Assembly: GCA_026936335.1 (NCBI GenBank)
Contig: JAPMXV010000051.1
Location: 62,001-126,000, forward strand
DNA from: Mantamonas sphyraenae STR306
Lineage: Eukaryota > Protista > CRuMs
Direction of reading: 5' to 3'
Length of the DNA stretch: 64,000 bases
Below, piece after piece: positions 13,934 through 27,564 of this stretch. The notes under the pieces were generated by a model. The model was not told the origin of the DNA. It was given only the letters and a program-made list of their open reading frames with translations, and searched no databases. The stretch's first letter is position 1. Every line of letters starts with the position of its first letter. The translations under genes were made by a program, and so were the position numbers.

Positions 13934-15194
13934 ATGAGCAGCAGCGACGTTGAGATGTACGAGTTCCTGTCCAAGAAGACAGTGGAGGACCTGGTTGGCG
14001 CCTCGCGCGAGGTGAGTTTTGCGCTTGGGAGAGAAAGGAGGTTGTAGGAAGAGCGGGCGACGTGCAAATGCGCAGAGGGGAAACATGCAGAAGAGCGCGT
14101 TTGTGAGATTTCTGACACTCAGACATTGCACACAACACAGGTGGTGACCTGCTACGAGTCGGACAACATCGAGCACCTGCTGAACAAGGTGCTGTCGGTG
14201 AAGAACGTGTCTTCGGCCCCCGTGCTCGACAAGAAGAGCGGCGAGGTCGTTGGCATCATCGACATGCTGGACGTGGTGAACTACATCGCCTCGGTTCTGC
14301 CCAACGAGCAGGAGCTGACCACTGACCAGCTGGCCTCCCTGGAGATTGCCGACCGTGCCATCTCTCTGGAGCTGGTGAAGGACGTGATGAACGCTAGGTA
14401 AGGCGCGGGAGGGGGGAGAGAAGAGCGAAAAGCAAAGCGGGGGGCCCACGTTTTTTCCGGTGGCCGTTGAGAGGGAATCCTTTTCGCACAAACGTCCGCG
14501 TGCGCAAGGCTGGCAGGGGACGAGGTGGTGACGTACGAGACACTGACACATGCATGACGCACACTTGATCGACGTGTGTTTTGGGAACCACAGCGGCCGC
14601 GACCCGTACGTGCCCGTGCAGCACACGTCGCCCGTGACGGAGGTCGTTGAGCTGATGAACTCGACCGGCGCCCACCACATCCCGGTGCTGGATGAGGAAA
14701 ACAAGCTGGTGAACATCATCGCTCAGAGCGACATCATCCGTGCTCTGGCCGCCGAGGGCGAGGGTCACATCGCCAACACTGGCAAGCAGACGATCAAGGA
14801 GCTGAACCTGCATCTGGCCAGCAAGATCGAGCACGTGCACCGCGACACGACTGTGCTCAAGGCTATCTCCAAGCTCGACCGCAAGGCCGTGTCTGGTCTG
14901 GCCATCACTGCGCACAAGAAGCTTGTGGGCACCTTTACTGCCGCCACCCTGGACGACCTGCTCAAGGACGACCTGCCCGAGCTGCTTATGGGCGTGGCCG
15001 ACTACCTGGAGAAGTACGATCCGGAGTCGCTGAACCCGCTGACCGTGCGCGAGGAGACCACCCTGGCCGAGGCTCTGACCATGTTTGCCGAGAGCAACGT
15101 CCACCGCCTGTGGGTGCTCAACGACGACTTTGAGCCCGAGGGCGTCGTTTCTTCCACCGACATCATCCGCATGGTTGCCTCTGGCAAGAACTAA
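13934..15194 (+). CDS. Four-CBS-domain protein (AMPK-gamma/Sds23-like), 3 exons
   Basis: Exons 13934-14011, 14141-14397 and 14594-15194 are joined in frame by GTGAGT..CAG and GTAAGG..CAG introns. CBS motifs: VSSAPVLD..VVGIIDMLDV, HHIPVLD, VHRLWVL..GVVSSTDII. Confidence 0.88.
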
Positions 15195-15276
15195 ATGAAC
15201 GTTTGTTGTTTGTGCTTTGTGGTCATGATGTGATGCTGATGGTGATGGTGATGGGTGAATTTTGTTGTGGTGCTGC

Positions 15277-18200
15277 TCACGCAATCGTTCCTCCCTGCAA
15301 CTCGGTGATCAGATTGATCGCAAACGACGGCAGAAGCGCCACAAAGGCCAGTGTGAGTGCCAGCGGGTCGGCTGTGATGGCAAAGATGACCGTGGAGACG
15401 ATGTTGCTGTGGGGGCGAGGGGGGTGCAGGCATGTCAGCGCTGGGTTTGCAAGGGAACGGAGAACGGAAAAGGGAGGGAATACACCATCGACGCAGAGAA
15501 ACACAGATACAAAACCAAACGTACAACAGGTTGCTGGCATAGGCAACGGCGCGTGTGCGCTTGGGTGTGATGAGATCGAGCTTCCACTCGTCTTTGGCAA
15601 TGTCAAAGACGGGTGGGTTGTTGAGGGCCTCGGTGACCTTTGTGGCCACAACCATGAGCGGGAACATGAGCCACATGAGGCCCGATGCCTTGCCCACGCT
15701 TGCAATCACCGCCTCTTGCCTGCTGTCGTCGTCCGTGTCGTCGTCGTCGTACTCCTCGGCACGGGCGAGGATGTCGTAAGCCTCGACCTGTCCACTGGTC
15801 CACACACCAAACATGAGCAACGTGAGCCGTTTAAATCCACGCACAAAGTGTTGGATGATGTGCCAGCGCGACAGCCAAACTTCCTTGGCTTCCTGGCGTT
15901 TCGACTCGGCGGTTTGGCCATTGGGAAGGTATCTGGGGTTGCCTTTTCCACCACAGCAACAGCAACAGCTCCAACAGCAGCCGCATAACAGAATTCCGCT
16001 GCCACCGCAACACTTTTTCTTGCCTTGTTGATCGCCGTCTTCCTCGTCGCCGTCTGCCTGCGCCTTGCTGCGGCTGTTGAGTTCGATGACGTCGCTGTCT
16101 TCACCTGCGTTGGCCAGTTTGTTTTTGGCAGCCGCACGTTCGGCCTTGCGGGCGCGGTCTTCCTCCTTCTGGCGCTCAAACTTGAAGTCCTTGCCCGCAA
16201 ACATCTCAAAGTGCAGGTAGAAGAAGACAATCAGGGTGAGCACCACGATGACAATGCCAATAAACACCATGGCAAAGTCCAGATCGCCACAGTTGCGTCC
16301 CACGGTGAGGTTGAAGACAATGCCGCCCACTGTGAGCATGATGATCTGCAGTGTGTAGAAGGCCATGGCGTTGCCCAGATTGCACAGCGCACTGATGACT
16401 GCCTTGCGCTTGGAGCCTTCGGGTTGTCGCTTTTTGATGGCCTTGAGCCACATGGCGGTCATGAGCAGAAAGTCGCGCTGCAGCAGCACACGGAGCAAGA
16501 TGGCCGCAAACAGAAAGACAAACGGAGCCAGGAGGGCGCTTGCGCCGCCACAGTTCCACTCCAGGCCGATGACACCCACAATGTCCACGTAGGAAAACAG
16601 GGTTTGGAAAAATGTGAGGATGGCCGCAAAGGGGCCGATGACGAGGGTGATGCGTGCCAGGTAGAGGTCAAACGTGACCGACGGGAATGCGGCGCTGAAC
16701 GACGACACCATCATCGAGATGTTGAACAGGGTACGGATGCATGAAAACACCAGGCCAATGAGGTTGGTCAAGGTGACCGTGATCAGCTGTGCCATGTCCA
16801 TGTCGATGTTCAGCCTGTTCTTCAAGTCGTGGCTCTTGACCTGTGCTTGGGACTTGGCCTTTTTCTCCTTTTCATCGATGTCTTTGCGCTGTTGCTCCTC
16901 GGTTTGAGCCTCAGCCTCGCCTTCGCCGTCGCCGTCGCCGTCAGCCTCCTCTTCCTCGTCGTCTTCGTCTTCTTCGTCCTCCTCCTCGCCCTTCTCCATG
17001 GCCACCTTGCGCATGTCCGTCTTCATCTTGTCGGCCAGCCCCTGCAGGTACTTGCGGTCAAAATAGCTGCCCACACGACTGACCTGCTCGGTGAAGTGGT
17101 ACTTGCCCGTGAAGCGTCCCACGGCGGTGTAGAGGATGAGCAGAAAGAGGCCGCCAAAGAAAAAGTACACCCACGTGGTGCCTGCTGGGTCTTCGATGTG
17201 CACCTGGGTGACAAAGAGCAGCGCCGTTCTTGAGCTGCGCACGTTGCGCGAGGTGAAGAACGTGTCCACGCCAAACTGGTCTTTGTCCGCAGGCGTAGCT
17301 TTGAATCGGCCCGTGTAGCCGATGGAAACATAGAGGCGCCTGTTGGCCGCTGACATCTCGCTCGGGTTGACTTTGATGGCCAGAGTCGAGGTGCGGATGG
17401 GGACGAGTTCATCGACGGACGACGAGGACGAGGACGTTGATGACGAACTCACGCTGTTCGCGAGGGTGTCAAGAAGCGTGGTTGCATCTGCACTGCTCAC
17501 AAAGTCACAGTCGGAACAAGAGTAGCCGTTGATGCGAATGAAACCGTCGGTGCTGCTGGAAATGTCTGGTGTCACGGTCGGAATGTCGTCGAAGCGAGCA
17601 AACACGGCGAGGGTTCGTCCGGTGATGGATGGGTAGGATGTGCGACTTGCTTCGATGCTGGGACGGACATAGACGTTGGCGATGCTGTTGCTGATGCTGA
17701 TTTGCACCCAGAATCGGACCATTTCGCCGTTGATGATGTCCCAGGTGGAGAGGGAGGGCTGGTTGAACACCTCGACGACCTGATCCTTGTTTGTGACGAC
17801 AGGTGTGTAGCAGCCAGCGCCCTCGTAGCCAGCCTTGCAGTTGCATAGGCCTGTGGAAGTGTCGCATGTGCCGTTGCCGTAGCAGTTGGACGGCAAGCAA
17901 GAGCGCGTGCGGGTCACCTGCACGTCGTATGTGCAGCCGGTGCCTCCTGGGTTCATCAGCATGTACGTGGTGGCGTTGCGAGGGCCCTGAGACGAGAGCA
18001 AGGAGGTGGAGGTGAACGAGGTGGATTGGGAACATCCGCACGAGGCATCGGAAGTGGCAAAGCCATTGGAGGAAGACGTGGATTCTGCTTCGATGGTGGC
18101 TCCTTGTGCGCTGAGGAGATCGCTGGACTGGATGAAAGTGCCTTGCACGGCGTTGGAGCCGTAGAACGGTGGACGTCCTTCGTTTGCGCAAGTACCATCG

Positions 18201-19749
18201 CAGTCACGGAACATGAGCATGCTGGGGCTGCATGTGGAGGACGAACCTGCACCCGGGGTCATTTTGATGTTGTAGACGTCAGAAGCTGGCACGTCTGTGG
18301 ACTGGTAGATGACGGAGCCTGTTGATTGTGCAACTACGACGGAGCCCGTGCCTGCCGACCAGGGGAAGGTGGAGGAGGGGTAGTTGCAGGTGTTGCCGAG
18401 GTAGTTGGCATCGCAGGTGCACACAAAGTTGGATGCGGTGATGGAACTTGTGCCGACAGTGGCCGTCTGGACGGTGGAAGGGGGAGTGCCGCGGTTGTTG
18501 CAGTCGTCGGGGGTGGTCCAGGTGTAGGAGATGACACAAGTGGACGCTGTCGTTGAATACAGCACCATGTAGTACCGAAGGGAGCCTGCAGTTTGTGGTG
18601 CGGAGCCTGACGTGCAGCCACAGGAAGTGTGTGAGTTCCAAGAGCGGTCGGCATACGAGCCTATGGTGTCGACGGAGGACAGGGCCAAGTTTGTCGAACC
18701 CCATTGGGATCGACATATCGATTGGCAGCTGTAGTAGACGGCGTTGCGGAGATTGGTGCAGTTTGTGGTCGAGATGCGCGGAGTCCAGGTGATGGAACGC
18801 GTGCCGGTTGGCTGCCATGACAAGGTGACGGTGCTCATGGGCGGCATGACGACGGAAAGGGAGCCTTCGCGGGCAGTGCCTGTGTCCACCGTTGGCTGGT
18901 CGCAGTGGGTGAGGAGGTCGTAGCCAGCGTCGCAGCTACAAGAGCCACTGGTGGCGCTCGTGCGCGTAAAGGTGCCGTGACCGGAGCAGGCTGGGCCCCA
19001 ACGGGTTGTTAGGTGCAGGTTGGAGCAGGTGCTTGGGATGTTGGTGTAGATGATGATGTACTGAGCGGAGGGCGGGCTCTTGTGTGAGAGGCACGGCGAC
19101 TTTTTTTGCAGCGTGGTGGAGAAAAGGTGGCACCAAGGGTAGGGAAGGCACAACGGCGAAATTCCAAAGGGCTGGGAGAGGTGGGGTTGAGGCAAGTGGA
19201 CCACGGTCACACGCGATGCGGATTGGAAAGACGATGGGAGGCAAGGAGAAGCGAAGATTCGTGTGGGAAAAACAAGAAAGAAAGGGCTGGCTTCTGGAAA
19301 AATCACATGCGCGGGTGGACGCTGCATGAGGGGGAAGGAAGCCACGTACGGTGTTGGTGTTGGTACAAGTGACGCCCCCGCATGAGGTGGGCGAGCTGAA
19401 GTCAGTGTAAACGCCTGACTTGTACGCCTTGGGGTAGAAGTTCTGCGCGGCGCATTGAGAGGCCGCCGTGGGCGTCGTGGTACAGGCATACCGCACCTGG
19501 TAGAAGGAAGAGACGCACGAGGTGGAAGAGACGTCCATGCCCACGTCGATGCGGTAGGGAACGCTCACGTCTGAGACCTTGTGGTAAAAGTACGAGATGC
19601 CGGTGTTTGGAATCAACGTGCTGATGCTGTCCCCGCTGGCCATGGTGATGTTTCGTGTACAGTTGCGCACGGGTGTGGACCGTCATGCACGCCAAAAACA
19701 AGATGCAGACGGCGGTGGTAAGACGTAGGGCGGACGGACTCCGCGCCAT
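15277..19749 (-). CDS. Signal peptide + EGF-like repeats + multi-pass membrane protein (receptor-like), multi-exon
   Basis: Signal peptide MARSPSALRLTTAVCILFLACM; EGF-like motifs CSGHG..CSCDAGY, CNNRG..CTCDANYLGNTC, CYGNGTCDTSTGLCNCKAGYEGAGC; several hydrophobic helices follow. Introns at roughly 19062-19352 and 15410-15510; frame change at ~19652. Exon limits are approximate. Confidence 0.72.
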
Positions 19750-19810
19750 TGTTGGGTGAAATGATGTGGAGACGGGGCGGTTTGCATTCATTGCAATTCC
19801 TGTTTGTTGC

Positions 19811-21358
19811 TCACATGCCGAGAAGATTCTGAAGGCCCTTTGGGGTGGAGTCGTCCATGAGATGCTTGTTGGAAAACTTGAGGATGGAGAGGAGGACGTC
19901 CGGAGTGGGCTGTGTCTCGTTGAGGGTGGCGATGCACTGCTTCATGGCCACGGGAGAGCGCTTGACAAAGGCACCCACCTCATCGACATGGTCGAAAATA
20001 ATAATGCTGGCGACCATGCCGCGGAGGAGAAACATCTTGAGGGCGTCGTCGTTGAGGTCGTCGCGGTTGGCCATGGCGAGCAGGCCATTGGCGGCGGCAG
20101 CGAGAGTCTGAGACACGTTCTCGCGTGCATTGGGGTTGGATGAGAGGTAGTCCTTGGCCGTGGTGTTGACCAACATGGTGAGCATGGGCGACGGGACGGC
20201 AAAGAAGAAACTCATGGTGGAGCTTTCCTCGTCGGTGATGCCGAGCTCCTCAAAGGCAGCCTGCACCTGTGCGTAACCCTCATCGGACAGTTTGTTCTTG
20301 CTGTGTCTTTGGCGCCTGAAAAAGGAAAAGTCGTTCTGCATCTGCGGCTTGCCCATCTTCATCTCGTCAAACTGAAGTGCAAAGTCCATGATGTCGGCAA
20401 ACTGCTTGACCAGGGCCTGATTGCTGGTCAGCGAGTCGATGGGCTCTACGCCAGGTGGTTGGATGCGTGAGAGTGAGGAACGAGGAGGTGAGGGTAGGCC
20501 AAGGCGAGTCAGCGCATTCACATCTCGGGTACGAGCTGGCGAACGAGAGAGAGAGGAGAGGAGAGGCTGTGGGAAAGGCAAACGCTCACCTTCTGTACAC
20601 AAGACACCGAGGAGGGCTTTGAAACACTCGCCGAGCTGGCCGGCAAAGTCGTAGAGCTTCTTCTGGAGGGCGATGTTGGGGCAGACGGCCTGAACGGCGG
20701 CGAGGATGGTGTCGTCTGCTGGGCCTTCGATGGCAGCTTTGATCTCATCCTTTGCACCTGGTGGTAGTGTGCAGTGGAGGGCAAGCGGGCAGGAGGGCGA
20801 GGGCGATGGCGAGGGTGAGCTTGGCGTGCGGAGGGAGCGAAAAGGGCAGGGAAGCGCCGAGTCAATTCCCTGACGGAATCGGGCGGGAAACAAACGGGCG
20901 TGCGGGAGACGTGTAGAGGATGAGGTGGAAGATGGCACACAGGACACGGGGTTGAATGGGCAGCCATGTGACACAACACACCTGGGTAGTTTGCGAATTC
21001 TTCGAGAAGCTGTGCGACCTGCTCAAGCACCTCCGCGTTGGCGTCGTACACAGCGGCCTCGGAAGAAGATTCGGGGCGCGCAGCTGCAAGGAACAAGGGA
21101 AGAGACGGGACGGGTGACAAAGGAACGGTGGCACGAGGAGGAGGAAAGAGGATGGAGTCGGTGAAGGGTGCGAAAGATACCAGGGTCAGCGCGGGGAGAC
21201 GGACAAGGAGCCGGGCAAGAGGGTCCGTTTTCGAGGGACGAAACGCGCGGCGCAGGACCCATGAGGGGATGGGACGGGCAGGCGGGACACGCACTGGAAA
21301 ACTCGAGGACGACGTCGACCGTCTTGGACTTGTCCACGAGACTGAGGAGAGAGCCCAT
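19811..21358 (-). CDS. CYRI: CYRI/FAM49 (CYFIP-related Rac1 interactor, DUF1394), about 4 exons
   Basis: Myristoylation-type start MGSLLS; family motifs QALVKQFADIMDFALQFDEMKMGKPQMQNDFSFFRR, MSFFFAVPSPML, LRGMVASIIIFDHVDEVGAF, LKFSNKHL. Confidence 0.9.
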
Positions 21359-21435
21359 TGGCGGAGAAAGCGGCGGTTTTGTTGTGGCGAGTGCGGCGAA
21401 GGAGGCAGGTCTTTGCGAAACGAGTGGCAGAGAAA

Positions 21436-22699
21436 ATGAGCAAGAGCAGGATGCAGGTGATGGCGCTGGACGAGGTGATGGACAGTGTGGATGAGATGAA
21501 CCTGCAGGTGAGCGAGGTGATGCTGGCATGTGCTGGGCTGCTGGAGGAAGGAGCTCGGCTAGCTGAGCCTGGGCGGACAAAGGCGAGCGTGGCACGGATC
21601 AACAAACACACGGCGGCGTTGGATGCAAGTATGGCCCAGTTGAGAGAGGTGACGGGCAGGGAGGGGATGGAACGTAAGCGGATGATGCGGAGTTGCGGCG
21701 GGGCGAGAGCATGATCATGCAGGGGTGAGAGGCAGGAAAACTCACACACTGTGTGTGTGTGTGTGTGTGTGTGTGTTCATGTGTGGGCAAAGGTGTGTTG
21801 GGACGACAGATCAAACTGATGGAGTCTCGACTGGCCAAGGAGATGGAGGCGTGGCAGAAGGCGACGGGGAAGGACGAAGAGAGCGCGGCGACGAACCAAA
21901 GCAGCAGCAGCAGCAGCAGCAGTGGTGGTGGTGGTGGACGCAGTGGGCGCAGGAGGCGGAAGGAAGAGGCGAGGGAACGGAAGCGCAAGGTGGATTGGAT
22001 GTACACAGACAACGGAGTGGGTGGGCGCAGGGGACGGTTCCAGCACGGATTGGTGAGCGTGGAGGACAAGGTGGAAGCGGCGCATCGCGAGGTGAGCGTA
22101 AAGCGGAGCCGAGTGGGCGTGCACACACACGGGTTGTGGTATGGGGAGGAACATTTGAGGGAGTGTGGCAAGTGGGTGGAGGAACATGGGAGTGGGGTCA
22201 CGCTGCTGCGTGTGGGAGAGGAAGGTCTGTGTGTGCGTTGTGGCGAGGTGTGCGACGTGTTTGTGAGCCAGGAGAGCGTGGGAGAGGAAGCAGGGGGAGG
22301 ATGGTTGCTGAGCAGCGTCAATGTGCTGTCATGCAAGGAACGGGTGACCAACGTGCTGGACTCCGGGAGCAGATACACGGTGAACACGCTGCTGACGACA
22401 CAGGTTCAACAGGTGATGGACGAGCTGGGGGCCGGGGCCACGGTACAGCCGTGGCATGGCCACAGCTGCGATGGGATGATCTGGTGGACACGGGCGACAA
22501 CGTACTGCTTGCGTTTGTGCGCTATGTGGCCACGTTTGTGGACTTGCTGCACAAACCCTGTCACTCCTGCGGACGGGTGATGGCCTATCAGCGCAGCGCA
22601 CCCGTGGCATCGTTCTACCCGCCCATTGTTAGGTTAGCTGACCGAGGCACGGATGGCAAGCTGTGTTGGCTAGCGATGCATGAGGAATGCGTGAGCTGA
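21436..22699 (+). CDS. MED27: Mediator subunit 27-like
   Basis: C-terminus YVATFVDLLHKPCHSCGR..YPPIVR..MHEEC matches the Med27 C-terminal Zn motif (LF..PC..CG..LPP..R..H..C). One intron at ~21649-21792 contains (GT)n; frame change in the G-run at ~22427-22431. Confidence 0.72.
21750..21776. repeat. (GT)n microsatellite in MED27 intron
   Basis: Seen directly in the sequence. Confidence 0.95.
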
Positions 22700-22704
22700 G
22701 GTGA

Positions 22705-24098
22705 TCAAGAGTGTTCATTCGTTGTTGCGATTGTTTCAGGAGGCACATACACGCCGTCGCGTTTGACAATGGACTTGAGTGTTTCCAGAGCCTGCTTCCA
22801 GGTGTCGACGTCGTCTGCGGTGGCGTCCGAGGGTTCGAACACGACGCTCTGTGTGTCTGTGGAGCCTTCGCGGTCAAACTCGAGGACGAGCCGTTTGTGT
22901 TTGTCCGGTTGCGTGACGTCCACGGATTGGAGGGCGGATAAAAGTTCGATTTGGACGTCTGTTGTTGCCTCTGAAGGCTCTGTGGAGTCTGTGGAGTCTG
23001 TGGAGGAAGAGGAGGAGGAGGATTGTGCTTCCTCTTCTTGCTCGTCTTGGCGGCGGTAGCAGAGGAGAAGGTCTTCTTCGTCGGCAATGAGGGCAAGATG
23101 CCACAGGGAACCGTCAGGGTAGAGGCTGGAGCCGTGGCCAAGGCGACAGGACATGCCAGCGGTCAGGAGTGGGAATGACGAGGCGTCAAACTCGTCGAGT
23201 TGGGCTTCCACAGAGTTGCACTCGTCACACAGACGGACGTGTGCGTCGAGACCGTGTCTCGGGAGTGTCCTGTGGTTGGATGAGCAGGAGGAGCAACAGA
23301 GCAGGCCGCAGCGGCGACAATGGTGTTTGCGTCGGACAAAGGTAAAGGCGGCGCCGCAGAATTGGCACGAGTCTGCGTTGGAATCGTTGACCCACTCTTG
23401 CACTGTTGAGATGGGCGGTGAACGGGGAAGCGGGGAAGGTGGGAAGTGAGTGGATGGTGGTGGAAAGTGCGCGTCAGTGGGAAGGGGAAGGACTGGAGAG
23501 ACGTACGCTGTACAAGTTTGCGTGCCCGGACGGGGATGAGGCGGTGGAGAGCACAGTCGTCCTTGGAGGTGGAAAACCAGGCGTGGATGGGTACATGGAA
23601 GGTGGTATCTCCAGTCTGGATTGAAAGGGAGTCGACAAACCAGGAGGGAAACACACCGCCGCCGTTGTCGTGGCCCAGGCTGACGTATTGGATGGACGTG
23701 CCAATGGAGCGGTCAGTAAAGGTGAGTGTGGCTGTGCGGCCGCGTTCAAACTGGGCGTAGTCTTCGCTGTTTGCGCTGGCAAAGGGCTGGACGGAAGTGT
23801 AGTACACGTCGCCAAACAACTGCAAGGAGACGGTGGCATGTGTACCGTCGCCCATGCCTTCGCCTGTTTTGATGCGCACTGTATACTCGACGTCGTCTTG
23901 CGGCTGCTTGCGTCCGCGGTACGAGTCGAGGAGGTCGCCCAGGCGGGCGCTGTAGGTTTCCCACGCAGCTTGCGCCTTGTTCTGGGCATCCGAAACGTAG
24001 TTGGACGAGCAATCGTTCTCATCTGAGTCCTGGTTCAGCAGTGTGTTGCTGTTGACGTGTCTGCGCCTTGCACGGGCCTGGGCCGAGACGAAAGCCAT
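22705..24098 (-). CDS. PLAT/LH2 + FYVE zinc finger + PH-like protein, 2 exons
   Basis: PLAT: YTVRIKTG..GTHATVSLQLFG..FERG..LGHDNGG..PSWFVDS. FYVE: WVND..CQFC..RKHHCRRCG..CSSC..RLCDEC. Intron at about 23404-23518. Confidence 0.87.
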
Positions 24099-24193
24099 TT
24101 GTGGGTTGGATTGCGGGGCGGGCAGCGGCCAAGAATGTACATTAGGGAAGTCAGGGAAATTAGGGAATCACTGCAGCTCCGTCATCAGTCTGC

Positions 24194-27050
24194 TCAATGG
24201 CACCCGGTGTCTCGGTTGCTCTTGAGGAGGAGAGAGGAGGAGGAGGAGGAAGAGGAGGAGATCATCACACCTTCTCCGGCCAAGGGTCGGATGTTGGGGA
24301 GAGACTCTGCGCTTGTGTTGCTGCTGGATGAGGTGACGAGAGAGTTGGTTGGGTTGATGATGTCAAAGTTGGTGGGACTGTTTGCAGCGAGGGTGCTGGA
24401 GACGCTCTCGCCGACAGCGCAGGAGCGGATACGGTCGAGAAGGCCCAGGATGGCCGCCTTTGCGGCGAGATCGAGGGAGTTGACGAAGCACCATTCCCAG
24501 GCGTGGTCGAAACAGACCATGATGTAGTCAAACTGGACTAGAGTCAGGGTGGAGAAGTTGTAGGAGGCGGACAGGAGATTGCGCATGGCGGTACGTTGGG
24601 GCGGGTTGGCAGACAGGTAGTCCAGGAGGAAAGTGCGTGCCTTTCGGATGGTATGTGCAATGACGTCTGGCTCGACGTTGAGGGCAGGCATGGGGATGGG
24701 ACTGAGGGCAAACTTTGTGGCAGCGGTTTGCAGAAAGAGGTCTGCGTGGACGGTGAGGAGGTGGATGACCTCGGGGTCATTGGCAAGGTCGTAGTCAATG
24801 TCGTGGAGGTCGCCGTCCTCGTCACGGAATTGGTCAGCAATGAGGCTGCCGAGCCAGCTGGCCTCGTTGTTGAAGGCCATGGAACGGCGAGACTGGAGGG
24901 AGGCACGGTTGCCATCGATGAGGAGACGCATCTGGGAAGGGGCACACATGTTGAGAGAGAGGATGGTTGCCTCGCTGAGGTCGTTGAAGCGCAGATCAAA
25001 GTGGAGGAGGCCGTTTGATCGAGGGTGGAGCATCTGGGCGAGAAGCATGCCGCAGGAGGCACCGAGGCAGTTGTAGGCAAGGCTGAGGGACTTGAGGTTG
25101 GGCAAACAGTTCTCGTCGGTGAGGGCTGTGACAATGGCCTTGATGGTGGGCTTGCCGATGCCTGTGTCTTTTAAATTGAGCACCTCCAGGCGTTGGCAGT
25201 ACCGCACAGAGGTAACGATGGTCTTGACGCCCTGGTCGCCGAGAAGGGGGTTGTGATGCACCTCGAGGACACGGAGATTGACGCACTGCTTCATCATGGC
25301 GCCCCAGCCGAGGGGAGTGGCGCCGTCGAGATTGTTGTGGGACAGGAGGAGAACCTGGAGGTTGTAGCTGGCGGTGCCGAGTACACCACAAAGCCTACGC
25401 ACGCGGTGATTCTGGAGGGCGTTGAAGCGCAGGTCGAGACCCTTGAGGGAACGGGTGCCTTCGAAGACGGATTCGAGGAAGGTGTTGTAGGTGGAGGGAG
25501 AGCTGTGGTTGAGGACGGCGGCGAGCTGGGCTTCGCATTGGTGGGAGTAGTCCTGGTGGCCGGCAATCAGGTCGACGATGTGGCGGTCAAAGGTGGACGG
25601 GGAGAAGCCGAGGACGCGGAGGGAGGAGGAGCCTGACCCGGCCATCAGGCTTTTGACGTTGGCTGCACTCTGGCGCAGGGAGTAAGCGTATGCGTTCTGG
25701 AGAATTGGAACGGTGAGAACGATAGCAATGAAGCGTGGGAGGCGCGGGTTGGTTTCGGGTCGAATGTGGCGAGGGCCGTGAAGGCGACGCTGTAGGCGAC
25801 GCTGAGGACAGAGACGGAAAACAGAGTGGCCTTGGCCTCGATGGACTGGAAGGAGTCTGTAAAGGCGACAAGGGCAAGGAAGGAGAAGGTGACGACGAGG
25901 AGGCAGAGAGCGAGCGGGAGCTGGGCGAGCTTGAGCGGGAGGATGATGATGGCGACAAAGACAAAGCGGAGGATGAGGACAGAGATGTGCCAGTGGCGTG
26001 TGGCGAGGTTGAAAGCGCCGGTGGCTGTGTAAAGTTGCTGGACGCGGATAAGCACGGGATCGCTGCGGAAGTTGTTGTAGAACATGAGGATGACGATGAA
26101 GAGGGTATTGACAAGGGCAGCCACGACGAGGGCGGTGTGCAACGCGTCGTTGCAGCTGTGGCCGGCGGGCATGTAGACACAGGCGACTGTGGCGAGCTGT
26201 GGAAAGAGAGCCAGGAAAAGAAGGCATTCGACGGTGACGGTTGCGGCGACATAGGTGGCGCGGATGAGGGCCGGTCTTCGAAGAACGGTGGAGACGGTGC
26301 GAAAGGACAACCAAAGGACCGGGAAGGAGACGAGGATGAGAAAGGAGGTGACTGGCACGAAGTAGACCGGATCGAGTGAGGGTGGTGAGTTGTCGATCGT
26401 TGAGAGAAAGAGCATCGAGAAGGGCACGAGGGCGAGCGTGAAGCTCAAGATCATGGCTTTGATGTACTCGAGCTTGTGAAAGAGGTGCTCGCGTTCGTGC
26501 AGCAGCTGCTGGCTCGGCGAAAGAGTGCTGTTCGAGAGGGTGTGAGCATGCTCCTTTTTTTGGGGTGCTGTGTGTTTTTTCTCGTCGCACATCCGTGCGG
26601 GAGCCTTGGGGCTGGCGCGGGGAAAGTACATGTGCTTATGTGCAGGTGGATAGTGCTTGCACGCCGATGGGTGCTGGGTGGAGGCGACCACCATCCAGAG
26701 AGTCCTTCGCGGCGCGTGTTTGTGCGTGTGTGGTGCGCTAGTGGGTTCCAGAAACTTCGAGAAGTGGGGCTGCAGATCTGCTGGAGGGGTGCTTGGGTAT
26801 GCAGAGGAGAAAGGAGAGAGGTGGGAGGTGTCGAGGTAACCTACATGGTGGGTTCAGTGTACGGGGATGACTCTGACCCGTCGCTGGAGCTGAGCGGGGC
26901 GTTGTTGCTGAGCTGGGAAAGAGAAGAAATGATCGAATCTGTGTACGGACTCGACGGACTCGGAGTGGACTTGTCCACGCGCTTGCGAACAGGAACCTGA
27001 ACTCCGAAGGCATCGGAGGCGAGGTTCATGGGAACCACGCGGTTGGTCAT
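24194..27050 (-). CDS. Multi-pass membrane protein with cytoplasmic RI-like LRRs and a helical C-terminal domain
   Basis: ORF 25645-26694 has about 7 TM helices and joins ORF 24194-26590 (LRRs such as LKGLDLRFNAL, LQVLLLSHNNL, LKSLSLAYNCLG) through a frame change at ~25755. The 5' exons (ATG at 27050) are tentative. Confidence 0.68.
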
Positions 27051-27564
27051 TGCAGAATGGGTGGATTGAACGCGGCGATGACGCGGAACGGGAAAAAGGG
27101 ACGCCTTTTTTTTTGGAGAGCCTTTGGTATAGAAGCATTCGCGCAAGGATCGTTTTGCGGGGAACGTGTGAGGGGCCAAGAATGGCAAGTGAGTTGGGCA
27201 TGGCCGAAAGCGACCCTTTGTGTGCATGGCTGTAGCGTTCTTGGGATGTGGACAGTCGGTGGGGTGGTGGCGATGAGGGAGGTCGATCTGTGGAAGGAAC
27301 GCACGAAGGTGGAAAAGAGCAGCAACCCCCAAACGTTTCTGCAGATGGCATTGCAGAGGGGCACGACAGTTTTGCGGAGTGCTGGACGTGGCGATAGCGT
27401 CGGCAGGTGTGTGTGGTGAGGTGGATGAGGGTTGAAAGCGTGCGATGAGAGGAGGTGTGAGGAAGGGCCAGCTCGGAAGTCCACTTGAAGGAAAACGTCG
27501 TTTTCCTTCCTGAGTTTTTTTTCATTTTGAAGAGCTGCTGTGGAGCACACTCAACGATACTCTC

